56,579 nt of DNA from Mediterraneibacter gnavus (lineage in GTDB: Bacteria > Pseudomonadota > Alphaproteobacteria > RF32 > CAG-239): the NCBI GenBank assembly GCA_963617265.1, contig CAVEOB010000004.1, positions 1-56,579 on the forward strand, written 5' to 3'. The stretch's first letter is position 1. The number at the start of each line of letters is the position of its first letter. The notes beneath the pieces were generated by a model. It did not search any database. It was not told where the DNA came from and saw nothing but the letters and a program-made list of their open reading frames with translations. Shown piece by piece: positions 52,190 to 56,579 of the stretch. A program made the translations under genes and the position numbers.

Positions 52190-53536
52190 ATGGAACCTGT
52201 TGTGCAAATTATCGGCGCCGGACTTGCCGGCTGCGAAGCGGCTTGGCAGCTTATCAAACGCAGAGTTAAAGTGCGTATTTTTGAAATGAAACCGCAAAAA
52301 TTTTCACCGGCTCATAAAAATGCGGATTGGGCGGAGCTGGTTTGTTCTAACTCTTTGCGCTCTGACGACGCTGAACACAACGCTGTGGGGCTTATGCATG
52401 AGGAAATGCGCCGTTTCGGCTCGCTGATTATGGAAGCTGCCGACAAAACTCAAGTTCCTGCTGGCGGTGCGTTAGCGGTTGACCGCGGCGGATTTGCCAA
52501 ATTTATAACTGAAAAAATAAAATCTTCGCCATTGGTAGAAGTCATAAATCAGGAAGTTACCGAATTTCCAACAGCCAACGCGCCGTTAACCATTATTGCC
52601 AGCGGTCCGCTGACCAGCACCGCTTTTATCGAAGCCATAAAAAATAAAGTCGACCAAAAATCACTCTCTTTTTATGACGCCATAGCTCCGGTGGTTTATA
52701 AAGAATCCATAGACTTTTCCAAAGCCTGGTATCAGTCCCGCTATGACAAAGGCGATAAATACGACTACATCAACTGCCCGATGAACAAAGAAGAATATTA
52801 CCGCTTTGTCGACGAATTGCTGAAAGCAGAAAAAATGCCGTTTCATGATTTTGAAGAACCGCATTATTTTGACGGCTGTCTGCCGATTGAAGTTATGGCG
52901 GAACGCGGCGTCGACACGCTTTTATTCGGTCCGCTGAAGCCAGTAGGCTTAACGAATCCGCATTCCAGCGAAAAACCGTATGCCGTGGTGCAGCTGCGGC
53001 AAGACAATAAAGAAGATACGCTGCGCAACATTGTCGGCTTTCAAACCAAAATGAAATACGGCGAGCAAACTAGAATTTTCAAGATGATTCCGGGGCTCGA
53101 AAATGCTGAATTTGCCCGACTTGGCGGAATCCACCGCAACACTTTTATTCAAAGTCCGCTGTTGCTTGATGAATTTTTGCGCCTGAAAGCGCAGCCTAAT
53201 GTGATGTTTGCCGGTCAAATCAGCGGCTGCGAAGGCTATGTGGAAAGCGCCGATACCGGTATGCTTGCCGGATATTTTGCCGCTTGCCTGATTAAAGGAA
53301 AAACACCTATTCTGCCGCCGCGCACTACAGCCAGCGGCGCTATGCTGGGTCACCTTGCAGATGCCACAGCCGACTATCAGCCGATGAATATAAATTTCGG
53401 CATATTCCCGACTATTCAAGGAGAAATCACCTCTAACGGCAAATTCCGCAAAATAAAAGGAGCAGACCGCAAAGAAGCCTATTGCAAACGCGCGCTGACC
53501 GATTTTGCCCAATGGATTGAACAAACTAATGCTTAA
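52190..53536 (+). CDS. trmFO: Methylenetetrahydrofolate-tRNA-(uracil-5-)-methyltransferase TrmFO
   Basis: MEPVVQIIGAGLAGCEAAWQL and full-length TrmFO (Gid) similarity. The ATG at 52190 is preceded by AAGGAGAAG. Confidence 0.93.
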   Translation: MEPVVQIIGAGLAGCEAAWQLIKRRVKVRIFEMKPQKFSPAHKNADWAELVCSNSLRSDDAEHNAVGLMHEEMRRFGSLIMEAADKTQVPAGGALAVDRGGFAKFITEKIKSSPLVEVINQEVTEFPTANAPLTIIASGPLTSTAFIEAIKNKVDQKSLSFYDAIAPVVYKESIDFSKAWYQSRYDKGDKYDYINCPMNKEEYYRFVDELLKAEKMPFHDFEEPHYFDGCLPIEVMAERGVDTLLFGPLKPVGLTNPHSSEKPYAVVQLRQDNKEDTLRNIVGFQTKMKYGEQTRIFKMIPGLENAEFARLGGIHRNTFIQSPLLLDEFLRLKAQPNVMFAGQISGCEGYVESADTGMLAGYFAACLIKGKTPILPPRTTASGAMLGHLADATADYQPMNINFGIFPTIQGEITSNGKFRKIKGADRKEAYCKRALTDFAQWIEQTNA

Positions 53537-54254
53537 CGGAAATAATCCTGCCGAACTTGCAGCCAAAGAATACCGGCAGTTAACAGCTGGGTATTTGGCT
53601 TATTTGCAGCTGGGAAAGCGTCATTTTTCCAACCCTAAAATTTCAACTGCCCAGCGTTTGGAAAAACTGCGGCTGCTGGAAAAAGCTCTGCGCAAAACGT
53701 GTCCGCTGCAGCAAAGCTTAATCTTTAAGCTGCAACAGAATTTTTTAAAAGAAAATATTTCAATTTCCCTGCTTTTAGAACCGTTATCAGTTTGGCGCTA
53801 TACGGCAGCAGGCAAAACTCCAACTTCCGGCACGCAGGTTTCAGAAATTCTTAATCGGCTGATGTCGCCGCTTGCCCGTCTTATTTTGGTGTCGTACGAT
53901 GAGAATCCAAGCACCTATCTGCCCTTGACTTCGCTTTTTATTATATTGTTTCTGCAAGAAAATTTTGAAAAAAATTCTGATTTTATTAAAAAAGCCAAAA
54001 TGAGCAAACGGCAAAAAGAAAGCCGCTTGAAAGGACTTTATAAAAGCGCGAAAGTAATTTTATCTTTAGTAAAAAGCAAACGGCTGAAATTTAAGCTGGC
54101 TATATGGCTGAACAAAGCCAACCTACAAACAAAACAATTTATAAATAATAAACAGCATAAACCGACTTTTCTTGACTGCACTTGGATTTTTTTATATAGT
54201 TTATGGCAGTTCGCGGTAATTAAGCGAAAGTCTGTTAGTAATAGAGGAATCTAA
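53529..54254 (+). CDS. Hypothetical protein, possibly a very divergent squalene/phytoene synthase-family partner
   Basis: The ORF overlaps the trmFO stop and abuts the next gene (stop at 54254, next ATG at 54255). It has only faint helical-repeat resemblance to HpnC-like proteins and no Asp-rich motifs. Confidence 0.3.
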   Translation: MLNGNNPAELAAKEYRQLTAGYLAYLQLGKRHFSNPKISTAQRLEKLRLLEKALRKTCPLQQSLIFKLQQNFLKENISISLLLEPLSVWRYTAAGKTPTSGTQVSEILNRLMSPLARLILVSYDENPSTYLPLTSLFIILFLQENFEKNSDFIKKAKMSKRQKESRLKGLYKSAKVILSLVKSKRLKFKLAIWLNKANLQTKQFINNKQHKPTFLDCTWIFLYSLWQFAVIKRKSVSNRGI

Positions 54255-55085
54255 ATGTTATCTGTCGGCGATATTGTGAAAAAAAGCCAGCCTTCTTTAT
54301 TTTGGTGCATGCGCGGTCTATCCAAGCCTAAGCGCGAGGCAATTTATACGCTGTTTGCCTTTTGCCGCCACATCAGTAATATTCTGCGCTCTAAAATGCC
54401 GGCAGAAGAAAAAGCCGAGCTGCTTAACGCTTGGCGCGAGGAGCTGGACAATATTTATGACAAGCAAGTCCCGACAACCAATATCGGACGTAAAATTTAT
54501 AAAAACTGCATGCGTTTTAATTTGCCTAAGGAACAAATGTCGCAGATTTTGGACAGCGCATTTTTAGATGTTCCGCAGCCGCTGCAAGCGCCGTCGCTGG
54601 AAGTTTTTGAAAAATATTTACACGGCTTAGCCGTAGTGCCGCTTAACCTGACCCTGACCATTATCGGGGAAAGCAAGCCGGCAACACGTGAAAAATTGGC
54701 AGATAACTTAGGTCGAGCCCTGATGATTACATACATTCTGCGCGATATAAAAGACGATGCAAAAGCTGGTCACCTTTTTATTCCGCAGGAACTGCTGCAA
54801 AAAGCCAATGTCAATAAAGACACACCTATTGCGGTATTGGAAGATAAAAACCTTTCTACCGCCCGACAATATTTATCGGCAGATGCAAAAAAATATTTCA
54901 GCACCGCCAACCGTTTTTTAAGCAAAATGAACAAAAAATCGGTTATGCCGCTTTATTATTTGGCAAATTTAAGCCAATGCTATTTTGAGCAAATGAACAA
55001 CCGCGGCTGGGAAATTATTTCGCCAAAACCAAACATCAATAACATCGGCAAGTTAAAACTGATTATCAAAACCTTATTTGCTTAA
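54255..55085 (+). CDS. Squalene/phytoene synthase-family protein (first Asp-rich motif missing)
   Basis: YTLFAFCRHISNILRS aligns to YAFCRxxDDIxD, but the Asp residues are lost. The second motif is retained (ITYILRDIKDDAKAGHLFIPQE). Confidence 0.7.
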   Translation: MLSVGDIVKKSQPSLFWCMRGLSKPKREAIYTLFAFCRHISNILRSKMPAEEKAELLNAWREELDNIYDKQVPTTNIGRKIYKNCMRFNLPKEQMSQILDSAFLDVPQPLQAPSLEVFEKYLHGLAVVPLNLTLTIIGESKPATREKLADNLGRALMITYILRDIKDDAKAGHLFIPQELLQKANVNKDTPIAVLEDKNLSTARQYLSADAKKYFSTANRFLSKMNKKSVMPLYYLANLSQCYFEQMNNRGWEIISPKPNINNIGKLKLIIKTLFA

Positions 55086-56560
55086 TTAGCATCTGTCAGC
55101 TTAAAGCTTGGATATGAGCTGCCTTCGGGATATTTTGTTTCCGCCTCTTTAATAGCGCGGTTAAATAAGTCTTTTATTTTGACTAAGTGATTATTTTTCA
55201 ACGATGTTTCTTTAGGCAGCGGACGCAGCACATCAAAACCCTGTTCACCGGCGCCAATAAACGGATCTACCGCGCAGGTAATAACTTTGTCATCATATAA
55301 AGGCTTGCCGTTTTCTTTGAACAAAGGCTCTCCGCTAATATAAATCTGCGTTACTTCGCCTTCATTGTTATCATAGCGCTGATGGCAGCAAACCTCAATA
55401 TTTTGCGAACCTTGCAGAAAACGCACATTACCCCCAGGGATTAAATAACGATATTTCAAAGCGTTGTTCCACACCTCTTTCAATTCTTGCGGAGTCACAG
55501 ACACCGTCTGCAAAGGAACATCGGCGGAAAAGGCTCTTTCCAAATTGTAGTGCGTCAGTATTTTGTCTTTTTCATAGCGCAGAGCGTGGCTGGTATAACC
55601 GGTGGAAATCAGCGCTATATCCGTTTTGGCGGCAGCACGCATACAGTCGGCAATAAAAGTACCTAAAGAGCAAGGATTAGAATAAAGCTTTTCTAAATTA
55701 AGCGTGCTTTTGGCAACCGGAATATTCAAACCGGACTTTTCTTCAAACTCTACCAGCGGAGGCTCAAATACCGGATTTATTTCGGCTTGTTTTACATTTA
55801 TTTCTTCGATAAACTGCAGATCCGTATGGTGTTTCAAAAAGCCCAAATTAAAGTGCAGCATGGTTTTGCTAAACGCCTGCGGATAATACATACGCTCTTT
55901 TTCATCGGGAGCAACCGGCGCGTGTTCGTGACCGCCCAAAAGCAAATCCAACCGAATACCTTTAGCGGCGGCAGTGGCATATATATCATGGCTGCAAGGC
56001 TCCAGCGCGTGATTAAGCACAATCAAAGCGTCCGGTTCAATGTGGCGAATCACCTCGGACATAGCGGCAAAAGTTTCGGGAATATCCGTTAGCACAACCC
56101 CATATTTGTTTAAGCGGATTTGATTGATGCAAAATGCCGTAACCATTACTTTTTTATGGTTTATTTCCAACAAAATATAAGGGTCTACCCAGCTTGGACA
56201 GCGTCCGGTGTTTAAATCCAGCAGATTTGCGCACAGCACATGGATATTGGATTGGTTAAAACGCTTGCAGGCACTTTGCAAAAATTTAAAACTTTCCAAA
56301 TTGAACCCGAAATCGTTATTGCCCAGCGCCAAAACAATTTTTGCCTCAGGCAATTGGCGGCGCAGAATTTCATAGCTTAAAATACTCAGCTCGCGGTCGT
56401 ATATTCCTTTAAACAAATCGCCGCAATCACAAATCAGGGTATTTTTACCGCCTTCCGGCGCTTTTTCTATAATTTTACTAAACAGACGGCAAAGTTTACG
56501 GGTTTCTTGATGTGAATCCGTTAAAGCAAAAATATCTATCTTATTCTCTGCCGTTTCCAT
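55082..56560 (-). CDS. Metallophosphoesterase / 5'-nucleotidase-like protein
   Basis: Calcineurin-like motifs ALTDSHQ, DCGDLF, GNNDF and GGHEH, then a 5'-nucleotidase C-terminal-like half. Confidence 0.7.
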   Translation of the reverse strand: METAENKIDIFALTDSHQETRKLCRLFSKIIEKAPEGGKNTLICDCGDLFKGIYDRELSILSYEILRRQLPEAKIVLALGNNDFGFNLESFKFLQSACKRFNQSNIHVLCANLLDLNTGRCPSWVDPYILLEINHKKVMVTAFCINQIRLNKYGVVLTDIPETFAAMSEVIRHIEPDALIVLNHALEPCSHDIYATAAAKGIRLDLLLGGHEHAPVAPDEKERMYYPQAFSKTMLHFNLGFLKHHTDLQFIEEINVKQAEINPVFEPPLVEFEEKSGLNIPVAKSTLNLEKLYSNPCSLGTFIADCMRAAAKTDIALISTGYTSHALRYEKDKILTHYNLERAFSADVPLQTVSVTPQELKEVWNNALKYRYLIPGGNVRFLQGSQNIEVCCHQRYDNNEGEVTQIYISGEPLFKENGKPLYDDKVITCAVDPFIGAGEQGFDVLRPLPKETSLKNNHLVKIKDLFNRAIKEAETKYPEGSSYPSFKLTDAN

Positions 56561-56579
56561 TTTTATATCTTCTTAATGC

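Overview
This is a 56.6-kb chromosomal window, most plausibly from a low-GC alphaproteobacterium. That call is inference only, based on a beta-class CcrM-like N6-adenine methyltransferase, a ChpT-like histidine phosphotransferase, TrmFO, an HPr/EIIA-Man PTS-Ntr remnant and an ihfB-lapA pair. I call about 48 CDS and one tRNA-Ser(GCU). The backbone is housekeeping: mnmA, ssb, an aas-like fusion, a FadL-family porin, clpX-clpP, a Lon-like AAA+ protease, prfB (classic +1 frameshift present), mrcA, an amiC-like amidase, rne, an M48 peptidase, ruvC, yebC, ftsH, tsaB, ihfB, accD and trmFO. I saw no CRISPR array, transposase, integrase, reverse transcriptase or recognisable defence genes. The interesting content is non-coding: four accessory surface or secreted loci each sit behind a different cis-acting switch-like device. 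(1, 2) Two paralogous ~190-nt structured leaders with covarying helices and an intrinsic terminator lie upstream of a pilin-like gene (17365-18402) and a GT2 glycosyltransferase (49204-50223); I do not recognise them as a known riboswitch class. (3) A second pilin-like gene (31413-32326) has its promoter, SD and ATG out of frame with the pilin ORF across a (CT)7 tract, a candidate for slipped-strand phase variation. (4) A 121-bp promoter-bearing segment bracketed by perfect 32-bp inverted repeats (inverton candidate) lies upstream of a large Cys-rich secreted protein (44898-46532). Both pilin-like genes also carry abnormally long, palindrome-rich but open 5' extensions ahead of the G/RSMIEML prepilin-type motif, and no pilus assembly genes are nearby. 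A 59-bp duplication of the tRNA-Ser 3' end marks an integration or duplication scar. All functional calls rest on motif recognition by eye; no database search was run.
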